31,032 nucleotides of DNA from Macrostomum lignano (taxonomy: Eukaryota): contig NIVC01001327.1 of the NCBI GenBank assembly GCA_002269645.1, forward strand, positions 59,494-90,525. Direction: 5' to 3'. The position numbers were made by a program, and so were the translations under genes. Within the stretch, counting starts at the first letter, position 1. Each line of letters starts with the position of its first letter. This document shows, in pieces, positions 12,895-23,038 of the stretch. The notes below the pieces were generated by a model that saw nothing but the letters and a program-made list of their open reading frames with translations, had not been told where the DNA came from and did no database searches.

Positions 12895-12966
12895 CTATCT
12901 GTCTATCTATCTATCTATCTATCTATCATCTATCTATCTATCTATCTATCTATCTATTTTTCTATC

Positions 12967-12997
<31 letters not shown>

Positions 12998-13060
12998 ATC
13001 TATCTATCTATCTATCTATCCATTTATCTATCTATCTATCTATCTATCTATCTGTCTATC

Positions 13061-13096
<36 letters not shown>

Positions 13097-13138
13097 GTCT
13101 ATCTATCTATCTATTTTTCTATCATCTATCTATCTATC

Positions 13139-13169
<31 letters not shown>

Positions 13170-13186
13170 CTATCTATCTGTCTATC

Positions 13187-13226
<40 letters not shown>

Positions 13227-13257
13227 GTCTATCTATCTATCTATCTATTTTTCTATC
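12895..13257. repeat. (TCTA)n/(GATA)n microsatellite, left block
   Basis: Seen directly, with diagnostic variant units. Confidence 0.97.
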
Positions 13258-13498
13258 TGTAACAAAGTCTGTGTGGCTTGCAGAGAGAAAAAACTTCTTA
13301 GAGCTGGCCAAGCCTAGCTCTCTCAATAAATACCAGTTTATTTTCCAGCCTGACTAGGCTGACCAATCAGCCGCTACCTCTGGTGTGCTCGCGCTCCAGA
13401 GTATGCACATGCGCGAGTACAATCCGAGAGAGAGAGAGAGAGAGAGAGACAGCCCCCCATCTCCCACTCTGCACAGAAAGCGAAACGCAGTCACCACA
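13258..13498 (-). mobile_element. Solo-type LTR (copy A, 241 bp) of the adjacent Gypsy element
   Basis: TG...CA termini, flanked by CTATC on both sides; matches LTRs B and C except in (GA)n and poly-C length. Confidence 0.93.
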
Positions 13499-13503
13499 CT
13501 ATC

Positions 13504-13573
<70 letters not shown>

Positions 13574-13604
13574 ATCTATCTATCTATCTATCTATTTTTC
13601 TATC

Positions 13605-13635
<31 letters not shown>

Positions 13636-13698
13636 ATCTATCTATCTATCTATCTATCCATTTATCTATCTATCTATCTATCTATCTATCTGTCTATC

Positions 13699-13734
<36 letters not shown>

Positions 13735-13776
13735 GTCTATCTATCTATCTATTTTTCTATCATCTATCTATCTATC

Positions 13777-13807
<31 letters not shown>

Positions 13808-13824
13808 CTATCTATCTGTCTATC

Positions 13825-13864
<40 letters not shown>

Positions 13865-13895
13865 GTCTATCTATCTATCTATCTATTTTTCTATC
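13499..13895. repeat. (TCTA)n block duplicating the variant pattern of 12895-13257
   Basis: Same order of variant units (tttttctatc, ccattt, tgtc) ending in atttttctatc|TG. Confidence 0.93.
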
Positions 13896-14138
13896 TGTAA
13901 CAAAGTCTGTGTGGCTTGCAGAGAGAAAAAACTTCTTAGAGCTGGCCAAGCCTAGCTCTCTCAATAAATACCAGTTTATTTTCCAGCCTGACTAGGCTGA
14001 CCAATCAGCCGCTACCTCTGGTGTGCTCGCGCTCCAGAGTATGCACATGCGCGAGTACAATCCGAGAGAGAGAGAGAGAGAGAGAGACAGCCCCCCCCAT
14101 CTCCCACTCTGCACAGAAAGCGAAACGCAGTCACCACA

Positions 14139-14148
14139 TCCCTCCACA
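14139..14148 (-). promoter_or_regulatory. Polypurine tract abutting the 3' LTR
   Basis: Minus strand reads tgtGGAGGGA directly before the TG of the LTR. Confidence 0.7.
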
Positions 14149-14315
14149 CGTAGATGAAAAAAGAAAAAAAACAGCAACAAAAAAGAAACAAAAAAAGAGA
14201 AAAGAAAATACTTCCCAGCACCACGACAACAATAACAGAAACAAAAAAAATCGAAGACCACCGAAAGCTGTAAACAAAAAAAAAGGTCTGTCAGGGAAAA
14301 AACAAAAAAAAACGT

Positions 14316-17300
14316 TCACTTGTACGTCAACCTGTCCGGGCATTTTCGGTTCCTCTGCGAACGCCGTGCCTGAGGAGTCGGAGGAAGCGGCGGCTGCGTG
14401 GGCGGCGGCGGCGCGGTCGGTGGCTGTGTGGGCGGCGGCGGCGTGGGCGGCAGCAGCGGCGGAACTTCTGCCTCAGCCGATTCGTAGCGCAGCTCGTCAT
14501 TAATTGGCAGTTCCGTGCTTCCTGAGGTCAGCGGTTCGACGCCTGCAGAGGCTACATGGTCGGCGTGGCGGCGTACAATGCGATCATCAGGCAGCCGGCA
14601 CTCGTAGGACAAAGGTGCTGTTTGTCGGCTGATGCTGGCCGGCAGCCACTTCTGCTGACCCGTGAAATCCCGCACTACGACGTCGTCGCCTTCCTCGAAG
14701 GACCTCGCTCTGGCGCGCCTGTCGTGTTGTAGCTTCTGTGCCTCCTGTCGTCGCGTGACCGCAGCCGAGACGTCCGGACGTACCAGATCCAGCAGTGTTC
14801 GCAGAGGCCGGCCCATCATCAGCTGGCTCGGCGGAACGCCAGTCGTGCTGTGCGGAGTCACCCGGTAGGTCAGCAGGAACCGAGCGAGCCGAGTCTGCAG
14901 AGCCGCCGGCTGTCCCTTTGCCAGAGCCGCCTTCACCGTTTGTACCGCGCGTTCCGCCAGGCCGTTGGACGCCGGATGATAGGGCGACACCTTGACATGC
15001 CGGATGCCATTGCTGCTCATGAAGCTCTCCATCTCTTGACTCACGAAGTTGGGCCCGTTGTCCGTCACCACGACCTCCGGCAGGCCCAGCTGGCTGAAAG
15101 TCCGCCGGAGCCGATCGATTGTAGCGGAGCTGGTCGCGGACTGGCAGATGTGCACCTCGATCCACTTGGAATGCGCGTCGACCAGAATCAGCAGCATCTT
15201 GCCTTCGAACGGTCCAGCGTAATCCATGTGGACCCTTGACCACGGTCTGTCAGGCCAGGGCCAGGGCTGCAGCGGCGCTGGAGGTGGGCTGTGCTGATGC
15301 AGTTTGCACTGCCGGCAGTGCTGCGAGAGCCGCTCGATGTCTCCGTCCATTCCCGGCCACCAAAAATAGTTCCTGGCCAGCGACTTCAGCTTGGACGCTC
15401 CTAGGTGACTTTGGTGCAGACACTCGAGCAACGCCAGGCGTCCCTGAACCGGCACCACCACTCTGGTGCCCCACAGCAGGCAGCCGTCCTCCACGCTAAG
15501 TTCCGCAGCTCGAGACGCAAACGGCCGCAGATCTTCGCTCCCTCGCCGATCCTCCGGCCAGCCTTCTTGCACGAACCTGAGCACTCGACCGAGTAGCGGG
15601 TCTCGCCGTGTCCAGCAGCGAACTTGAGCCGCAGTCACTGGGCCCTCGTTGAATGAGTCGATCAGCAGTACCACCTCAGCCGGCGCCGGCGCCTCCGCTG
15701 GCTTGGACGGCAGCGGCAACCGGCTCAGTGCATCCGCCCGCAGCAGGGTGGCGCCCTTGCGGTAATGCAGTCGATAGGAGTAGCTGGACAGCAGCAGAGC
15801 CCAGCGCTGAATCCTGGCAGATGCTAGTGGCGGAATGGCCTTGTTCTCGTGAAGCAGTCCTAGAAGCGGCTTGTGGTCACTCTTCAGCTGGAAGTTCCGG
15901 CCGTACAGATAGGTGTGGAATCGCTTGACGCCGAAAACAACTGCCAAGGCCTCCTTCTCCGTCTGGGAGTAGTTCTTCTCCGCATCGGCCAGAGTGCGGG
16001 ACGCAAACGCGATGGGCCGCTCCACGCCATCTATCAGGTGGCAGATGACCGCGCCGAGACCGTAGGGCGAGCTGTCGCACTCCAGGATGACCTCTTTACC
16101 GGGGTCGAAATGCACTAGCGTCTGAGAGCTCAGCAGGAGCTCCTTGCAGCGGTGAAACGCACTCTCTTGCGGGCTGTTCCATTGCCAGGCAGCGCCCTTG
16201 TCCAATAGGCGGTGCAGCGGAGCGAGCCAGCTGGACAGGTTCGGCAGGAATCGTCCATAATAATTTATGAGGCCCAGGAAGCTGCGGAGTTGGGTGACGT
16301 CCTGGGGAGCTGGCGCCTCAACGATCGCGCTGACCTTGCTTTCCAGCGGGTGGAGACCGCCGGCGTCGATTCGGTGGCCCAGGTAACTCACGGACTCCTG
16401 CATGAACCGGCACTTGTCAGCTCGGCACTTCAGCCCAGCATCTTGTAGGCGCTGCAAAACGGCTTCCAGGTTCTCCAGGTGCTTCGCGTCATCAGTTCCT
16501 GTCACCAGCAGATCGTCGATAAAAGTCGCCGTGTGCGGTCTTCCTTGAAGCAAGCCGTCCATTGTCCTCTGAAACATGCCGACTGCCGGTGAGATGCCGA
16601 ACGGCAACCTGGTGTACCTGAGCAACCCTTTGGAGGTGTTGATGGTGCACAGACGCTGTGATTCCGAGTCCAGTGGCAGTTGCTGATACGCCTGACTGAG
16701 GTCTAGCTTGGTGAATTTCTGGCCTCCTGTTAGCTTTGCGAACAATTCTTCAATTCTGGGCAGCGGGTAGGAGTCCTGCACAACGTCTTGGTTCACCGTG
16801 CGCTTGAAATCCGCGCAGATTCTGACGGATCCATCCGCCTTGAGCACCGGCACGATAGGAGACGCGTACTCGGAGTTAGAGACAGGCTGCAGAACGCCTT
16901 GCTCGATCTCCCGGTCCAGCTGCTCCTCCACCTTGGACTTCAAAGCGAACGGCACCGTCCGAGCTTTGAAAAATTTGGGCTGTGCACCTGGTTTCGTCCG
17001 CAATTTCAGTGGTTCGCCTGTGTAGCAACCGAGTCCGTCCGAAAATACTGCGCTGTACTTTTGCAGCAGCTGCTCCACCTGCTGATTTCCCTGAGCCGGC
17101 AGTTCTCGCTCTCGCAGCTCCTTGATGCTTCTCCAGTCCATGGTTAGTTCAGACAGCCAGTTCCGTCCGATCAAGCTGGAGCCGCTTCCTGAGACCACCA
17201 CCAGAGGCAGCAGTTTCTTTTCATTTCCTGGAATCTCCACAGTGACGCTCAACTGTCCCAGCACGTTGACAGGTTGGCCGCCGTAGTTCCGCAGCCGAAT

Positions 17301-18278
17301 CGTGGTCCCACCGAGCTTAGGGATACCTCCGAGAAGATCCTGGTAGACTTTGGCTGAGATCAACGACACCGCGGCGCCCGTGTCTATCTCCATCTGGCAG
17401 GACACGCCGTTGATCAGTACCTTGGTCAAGTAGGGTGGCACCTTGGCTGCAACGCTGGGCACGGTGTTAAGGGAGCTGCAGTCCTCGTCTTCTGCTTCTT
17501 GCACGGCGCCCACGCGGGGCTTGGAGTCCGCACCCGATACTCCGGCGCCTCTACGGCAAGCAGCTGCGGTGTGCCCGAGCTTGCCGCACTTGAAGCATGC
17601 CTTCTTGATGAACGGGCACTTGTCCGCCAGATGTCGAGTCGACAAGCACCGGAAACACTTCTGTGGGGCTCGACCAGATCCGGTCGCCTTGGCCTGGTCG
17701 ACTCGATCGACTGAAGCAGCCGCCGCAGGGCCAGCCACCTCCTGTGAGCTCCTGACGACCGTGCAGCCTTTTTCCGCCAGCTCCACCGCTTGAGCGATCT
17801 TCAGCGCCTTCTCGAGATCCAGCTCCGGCTCCGACAGCAGTCTGCGCTGGATCCGATCGTCCTGGATGCCGAGCACCAGCCGATCCCTGAGCATCGACTC
17901 CAAGCTGTTTCCGAACTTGCAGTCCACGGCCAGACGCCGCAAACTGGCCAGGAAATCCGCCACTGACTCGGTGCTGGCCCGCACGCGCTGATAGAAATGA
18001 AAACGCTGCACAATTTCAGAAGGCTCCGGCTTCCAGTGCTCCTTTAGTTTTTGGCAAATGTCTGCGTAGCTCGTCTCCGATGGCTTCCTCGGGGCCAGCA
18101 GGCTGCAAATCAGCTTGAATGTCTCCTTGCCACAGACACTGAGGAAGACAGCTCGCTTTTTGTCTTCGGACTCTATGTCGCTTGCAATGAAAACTTGCTC
18201 CATTCTTTCCTTGTACTGCAGCCAGTCCTCATTTTCAGGCTCAAATGGACCGATGCTACACAGTAGGCCCGTGGCCAT
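14316..18278 (-). CDS. Gag-Pol polyprotein, 1320 aa, uninterrupted
   Basis: Two CX2CX4HX4C knuckles (CFRCLSTRHLADKC, CFKCGKLGHTAAAC); protease IDTGA; RT YPLPRIEELF...LPFGI...FIDD; RNase H ECDSS...YSQTEKEAL; integrase HQSH...CRQC, DYAGP, TDNGP, NGLAERAV; Pro-rich tail ending RRSQRNRKCPDRL. Confidence 0.96.
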   Translation of the reverse strand: MATGLLCSIGPFEPENEDWLQYKERMEQVFIASDIESEDKKRAVFLSVCGKETFKLICSLLAPRKPSETSYADICQKLKEHWKPEPSEIVQRFHFYQRVRASTESVADFLASLRRLAVDCKFGNSLESMLRDRLVLGIQDDRIQRRLLSEPELDLEKALKIAQAVELAEKGCTVVRSSQEVAGPAAAASVDRVDQAKATGSGRAPQKCFRCLSTRHLADKCPFIKKACFKCGKLGHTAAACRRGAGVSGADSKPRVGAVQEAEDEDCSSLNTVPSVAAKVPPYLTKVLINGVSCQMEIDTGAAVSLISAKVYQDLLGGIPKLGGTTIRLRNYGGQPVNVLGQLSVTVEIPGNEKKLLPLVVVSGSGSSLIGRNWLSELTMDWRSIKELRERELPAQGNQQVEQLLQKYSAVFSDGLGCYTGEPLKLRTKPGAQPKFFKARTVPFALKSKVEEQLDREIEQGVLQPVSNSEYASPIVPVLKADGSVRICADFKRTVNQDVVQDSYPLPRIEELFAKLTGGQKFTKLDLSQAYQQLPLDSESQRLCTINTSKGLLRYTRLPFGISPAVGMFQRTMDGLLQGRPHTATFIDDLLVTGTDDAKHLENLEAVLQRLQDAGLKCRADKCRFMQESVSYLGHRIDAGGLHPLESKVSAIVEAPAPQDVTQLRSFLGLINYYGRFLPNLSSWLAPLHRLLDKGAAWQWNSPQESAFHRCKELLLSSQTLVHFDPGKEVILECDSSPYGLGAVICHLIDGVERPIAFASRTLADAEKNYSQTEKEALAVVFGVKRFHTYLYGRNFQLKSDHKPLLGLLHENKAIPPLASARIQRWALLLSSYSYRLHYRKGATLLRADALSRLPLPSKPAEAPAPAEVVLLIDSFNEGPVTAAQVRCWTRRDPLLGRVLRFVQEGWPEDRRGSEDLRPFASRAAELSVEDGCLLWGTRVVVPVQGRLALLECLHQSHLGASKLKSLARNYFWWPGMDGDIERLSQHCRQCKLHQHSPPPAPLQPWPWPDRPWSRVHMDYAGPFEGKMLLILVDAHSKWIEVHICQSATSSATIDRLRRTFSQLGLPEVVVTDNGPNFVSQEMESFMSSNGIRHVKVSPYHPASNGLAERAVQTVKAALAKGQPAALQTRLARFLLTYRVTPHSTTGVPPSQLMMGRPLRTLLDLVRPDVSAAVTRRQEAQKLQHDRRARARSFEEGDDVVVRDFTGQQKWLPASISRQTAPLSYECRLPDDRIVRRHADHVASAGVEPLTSGSTELPINDELRYESAEAEVPPLLPPTPPPPTQPPTAPPPPTQPPLPPTPQARRSQRNRKCPDRLTYK

Positions 18279-18284
18279 TAGTCA

Positions 18285-18295
18285 CCTCGTCGCCA
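18285..18295 (-). promoter_or_regulatory. Primer-binding site TGGCGACGAGG, likely tRNA-Ser(GCU)
   Basis: 1 nt from the 5' LTR; complementary to CCUCGUCGCCA, the 3' end of metazoan tRNA-Ser(GCU) as I recall it. Confidence 0.8.
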
Positions 18296-18536
18296 CTGTA
18301 ACAAAGTCTGTGTGGCTTGCAGAGAGAAAAAACTTCTTAGAGCTGGCCAAGCCTAGCTCTCTCAATAAATACCAGTTTATTTTCCAGCCTGACTAGGCTG
18401 ACCAATCAGCCGCTACCTCTGGTGTGCTCGCGCTCCAGAGTATGCACATGCGCGAGTACAATCCGAGAGAGAGAGAGAGAGAGAGACAGCCCCCCCATCT
18501 CCCACTCTGCACAGAAAGCGAAACGCAGTCACCACA

Positions 18537-18568
18537 CTATCATCTATCTATCTATCTATCTATCTATC

Positions 18569-18607
<39 letters not shown>

Positions 18608-18610
18608 ATC

Positions 18611-18654
<44 letters not shown>

Positions 18655-18677
18655 ATCTATCTATCTATCTATCTATC

Positions 18678-18711
<34 letters not shown>

Positions 18712-18716
18712 TTATC

Positions 18717-18747
<31 letters not shown>

Positions 18748-18775
18748 CATATATCTATCTATCCATCTATCTATC

Positions 18776-18809
<34 letters not shown>

Positions 18810-18814
18810 TTATC

Positions 18815-18845
<31 letters not shown>

Positions 18846-18850
18846 CTATC

Positions 18851-18897
<47 letters not shown>

Positions 18898-18924
18898 ATC
18901 TATCTATCTATCTATCTATCTATC

Positions 18925-18963
<39 letters not shown>

Positions 18964-19041
18964 ATTTATCTATCTATCTATCTATCTATTTATCTATCTA
19001 CCTATCTATCTATCTATCTATCTATCTATCATCTATCTATC

Positions 19042-19073
<32 letters not shown>

Positions 19074-19074
19074 G

Positions 19075-19124
<50 letters not shown>

Positions 19125-19155
19125 ATCTATCTATCTATCTATCTATCTATTTATC

Positions 19156-19186
<31 letters not shown>

Positions 19187-19207
19187 CTATTTATCTATCT
19201 ATCTATC

Positions 19208-19265
<58 letters not shown>
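18537..19265. repeat. (TCTA)n microsatellite, right flank of the retrotransposon
   Basis: Seen directly. Confidence 0.97.
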
Positions 19266-19266
<1 letters not shown>

Positions 19267-19870
19267 CGTCTCTCTGTCCGTCCGTCTACGTATCTGTTTA
19301 TCTATTAGTTTATCTGCTCATATTCTACTCATAAATTATCTCAACTTAACGCTTCTTATTTTTCAACTTTTATTCGCATTCCATACTGCTTGAGCAGTGC
19401 CGCCTTTTCTAGCATTCCATTTTTAAGTACCTCGGCGAAATTCCTTTGACTACTAGACTTTCTCAAACCGACTTTTCTCTTGCATTGCTAACATTTTGTA
19501 GAAAAGTTTTCCTTGGCAGAAAGAATTTCTTACAGACCAAAGGGCTATTGCTAAAATAGAATAAATAATTCTGTGGCAATGTGCGAATTCAGTTGTATGA
19601 AAACTGCATGGTATTGCATTGTAATGATTTCATTTTATGTAGCTAAATATATATGCTATTATATAGAATACAATATTGCCATGGCTTCGTGGCACTTGAA
19701 GGCCACACAGAGAGTGTCGTTTTTTCAAGATTCTGCTAGCGATTCATGCGAGTAGATTGGGTCCGTCTCTTCTAGTTTTAATATAATAATTGACCAATGC
19801 GAGCAAAAGCTACGAAGATGGGCTGGCTTCATCAACCACCCACCCCAGTCAGTTTCTGGTCTGTCGGAGT

Positions 19871-19876
19871 TATAAA
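19871..19876 (+). promoter_or_regulatory. Candidate TATA box of an intronic promoter
   Basis: TATAAA, with CCAAT at 19794-19798 upstream and a coding-like exon ~330 nt downstream; motif evidence only. Confidence 0.35.
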
Positions 19877-20198
19877 TGCAAAGACGCCCACGCGATTTAA
19901 GGGCTAAGAAGCTCAGGAGGCAGACAGACACAGTTTTTTCTTCTTCTCTATTCTAGTTTTACCGACGCTGTGCGCCTGCTCCGCCTCCGCCTCTCCATTC
20001 TCTTCTATTTGTTTCTCTGTCTTTTTTTGCTTCTTATTTCTTCTGCTTCTAAAAGCTGAGACAAAGAGATCGAGTGAAGCTACAGCTTTCAACAGAAGTA
20101 AAAACAAGGAAAGTGACTGTTAACTAAAGTTTGAAGCAAGCAAATAAAACTGCGAATATCATCTGCTTCGGCATGACATCAACTGCGACATCGACGAA

Positions 20199-20738
20199 AT
20201 GCTAAAGTGGTCTTCTGGTGTTTCTACAGCCTCTGCTCCATCGAGCTTAGTGCAACAATCTGTTGTGCAATCTTCTGATCAGCAGACGGATCTGCTTAGA
20301 AATAGATTCTATAGTTTTCGACTGCCAAAAATTGTTAGCAATCGTCAGTCTGCAACGTCTGCAGAAAGTTTGCGGAAACAACAACTACAACAGCAGCAAC
20401 AGCAGAGAAAATCGATTCTATCAGAGAAATCTGCTGCTTCTAGTGGAGCTGACAGCGGCGCAATTGTTGAGCCAGCTTTGTCATCTGTTGCGTCATCTTC
20501 TGTTTCAACGTCGACTAGATTTTCGTTTCGTTTTCTTCGCCTGGTTGGCAACAGTAGCAGCGACAGATCTGAGCAGAAGAAGAAGAAAAATAACAAGCCG
20601 AGTTCTGCTTCTAGTAGCAGCGCTATCGCAACGCCAACAGTAGTCGCGGCATCAGCCAGTTTAAGAGAAAACCGGCCTCTGCTATCGCCATTCAGGCGAT
20701 CTAAAAGTTGTGCCGATAGAGGGTCAAAACGGAAGAAG
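20199..20738 (+). CDS. Candidate alternative first coding exon of TTC28-like gene (Ser/Gln/Lys-rich, 180 codons)
   Basis: GC-elevated open frame with poly-Q/S runs; AAG|gtaggg donor at 20739 in phase 0, matching the exon 3 acceptor. Confidence 0.55.
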
Positions 20739-20876
20739 GTAGGGCAAGACAATCATTATAATATTGATTTTGTCAGTCTAGTTGACAATTTAGCCAATCC
20801 ATGTCGAATAGCAGCAGTCACTGCCATCGTAGAGCTGCACTTTGACCATAGACAAATAAAGACTTGATTACAACAC

Positions 20877-21395
20877 TTGGTCCCGATCTTGAATAGACTT
20901 GTCGAATTGATCGGCTGTATTGTCTATAGCCTAATTGGTGCCGATCTTTAACAGATTGTCAAATTAATTGGCTGTATTGTCTATGGCCTAATTGGTGCCG
21001 ATCTTTAACAGTCTTGTCCACTCAATTGGCTGTATTGTTTATGGCCTAATTGGTGCCGATCTTTAACAGACTTGTCGAATTTATTGGCTGTATTGTCTAT
21101 AGCCTAATTGGTGCCGATCTTTAACAGACTTGTCGAATTGATTGGCTGTCTTGTCTATAGCCTAATTGGTGCCGATCTTTAACAGAATTGTCGAATTGAT
21201 TGGCTGTATTGTCTATAGCCTAATTGGTGCCGATCTTTAACAGACTTGTCGAATTGATTGGCTGTCTTGTCTATAGCCTAATTGGTGCCGATCTTTAACA
21301 GAATTGTCGAATTGATTGGCTGTATTGTCTATGGCCTAATTGGTGCCGATCTTTAACAGACTTGTCGAATTGATTGGCTGTATTGTCTATGGTCG
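20877..21395. repeat. 58-bp minisatellite, ~9 copies
   Basis: GCCGATCTTTAAC recurs at 20997, 21055, 21113, 21171, 21229, 21287, 21345. Confidence 0.95.
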
Positions 21396-22122
21396 AAGTT
21401 CTGTTGCAGTGGCTGATGCTGCATTGAATGAGGAGTTCTTTATCCCCTTGATTAGCTTGGCTAACTCAAATAGACTGGCAAAATCAATGATAAGCTGTAA
21501 AAAATATGATCTCCGACTTTGCTGCCGCTCAAGGATTTCATAAATCTCTAAAACGGCGTTGAAATAAATTCTATTTAAAAAATAAATCTTCTAGTTGGAC
21601 TTTTTCGCTCTTTTCTTATTCCATTAACCCTACTACATAATTGTTACTGTGTTTCTAAGCTTTTTTAAACCTCTCAATCAAAATAGGGTATTTTTTACAT
21701 TGAAGCTACTAAAATTTTTGTCATTAGACTATAAAATTTATTGTATAATACGTTAGATTTTTTGTTTAGAAAAAAACTACAAATTTCAGTAAAACACATT
21801 TGAAACTGGCATTACAAAGAGAAAACCTTTATCTTTATGGTTGCATTAGAATAGTTGCTAAGTTATAAAATACTGGATAAAGTTTCTCTGGGGTATTCTC
21901 GTTTCTGTCTGTATTTTTATTTTGGTTTTGAAGTCCCGGTTTCTGGGTCAGTCAGTCAGTAAATGAACATTTTGCTTGTCTAGGCTGCTGAAAGTAATTT
22001 GCGTAATTTACATTATAAATCCAAGTATGACTATTTATAAGCGGCCGATGCTGACAGCACACAGTGGGAGTGACAGAGGAGATGCTGGCAGACTCACACT
22101 CATGTCTACTACTCATTCGCAG

Positions 22123-22270
22123 GCGTACTACCGTGAAGGCGTGGCTCTGCAGTGTCTGGGCAAGTTTGCTGATGCTGCAGCGGCTCTCTGCCAGGGCCTT
22201 GGCAAAGATCCGAAAGATCGGGCACTGATTCAGGGATTGGTTGACTGCGCCTTGGCGTCTCCTGTTCGAG
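22123..22270 (+). CDS. TTC28: TTC28-like exon 3
   Basis: cgcag acceptor; AYYREGVALQCLGKFADAAAALCQGLGKDPK...SPVR continues TTC28 (KAYFRQGVALQYLG); donor gt at 22271, phase 1. Confidence 0.92.
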
Positions 22271-22339
22271 GTCTGTATAAGTGACTTACTTTTAGTAGTG
22301 CATGGTATGGTTTGATTGGGTATACAGCGCTGGTTCCAA

Positions 22340-22720
22340 GTGATCGATCTTACCAATTAGCCAATTAGTCTAACTAATTAATTAGACAATCATTTCAACT
22401 CACTAAGTAGGTAATTAATCTGCTAACTGACTAATTAGATTATTAGTCTAACTCGCTAGTTAGGTAATCAAGTTAACTCGCTAATTAGGTAATTAGTCTA
22501 ACTTACTAATTAGGTAATCAAGCTAACTCGCTAATTAAGGTAACCAGTCTAACTCGCTAATTAGGTAATCAAGCTAACTCGCTAATTAAGGTAATCAGTC
22601 TAACTCGCTAATTAGGTAATTAGTCTAACTCACTAATTAGGTATTTAGTCTATTTTGCTAATTAGGTAATTAGTCTATCTCGCTAGTTAGGTGATAACTC
22701 TCAGTAATTAGGTAATACAT
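22340..22720. repeat. Degenerate ~25-bp AT-rich minisatellite (TAACTCGCTAATTAGGTAAT...) in intron 3
   Basis: Seen directly. Confidence 0.85.
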
Positions 22721-22765
22721 TAGTTAATAATTTATGTAAAAAATTACAATCTACAACCCGAACAG

Positions 22766-23038
22766 AGCGCTTCCTACCCGTCTACGAGCAGCTCTGCAAG
22801 CTGCACCTGGCCAACAGTGCATTCGTACTCATGTCCGTTATCGGCCAAGAGCTGGAAAGCCTCGGCCAACATCCGCAAGCCATCACAGCGCTGGAATGCG
22901 CTCTGCAATTGGGCACGAGCAGTTTGAAATTGAAGGCCTCCGTGTTGAGCGCTTTGAGCAGAGCGCACTGGTCTGCTGGTCGTATTGACCGGGCTGTCAC
23001 CTACATGCAGCAGGATCTCAGTGTGGTGCACCAGCTGG
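22766..23038 (+). CDS. TTC28: TTC28-like exon 4
   Basis: aacag acceptor, phase 1; ERFLPVYEQL...SVIGQEL...ALQLGTSSLKLKASVLSALSRAHWSAG...YMQQDL; donor gtgaga at 23039. Confidence 0.92.

Larger units (their letters stand above)
13896..18536 (-). mobile_element. Full-length Ty3/Gypsy LTR retrotransposon, Mag-like
   Basis: LTRs 13896-14138 and 18297-18536 (TG...CA), CTATC 5-bp flanks, PBS, PPT, single gag-pol ORF with PR-RT-RH-IN order. Confidence 0.96.

Noticed and set aside
14587-18396. Short ORFs overlapping gag-pol on both strands
   Set aside because: Shadow ORFs of GC-rich coding sequence; no env-like or other motif recognised.
12783-19393. YLSI-repeat ORFs and LTR-initiated ORFs (13383, 14021, 18422)
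   Set aside because: Translations of (TCTA)n, LTR and the A-rich 3' UTR complement; non-ATG or repeat-driven, with no domain content.
20877-21395. Regular 58-bp array as a possible CRISPR
   Set aside because: Whole units repeat with no unique spacers; eukaryotic intron; no cas genes.
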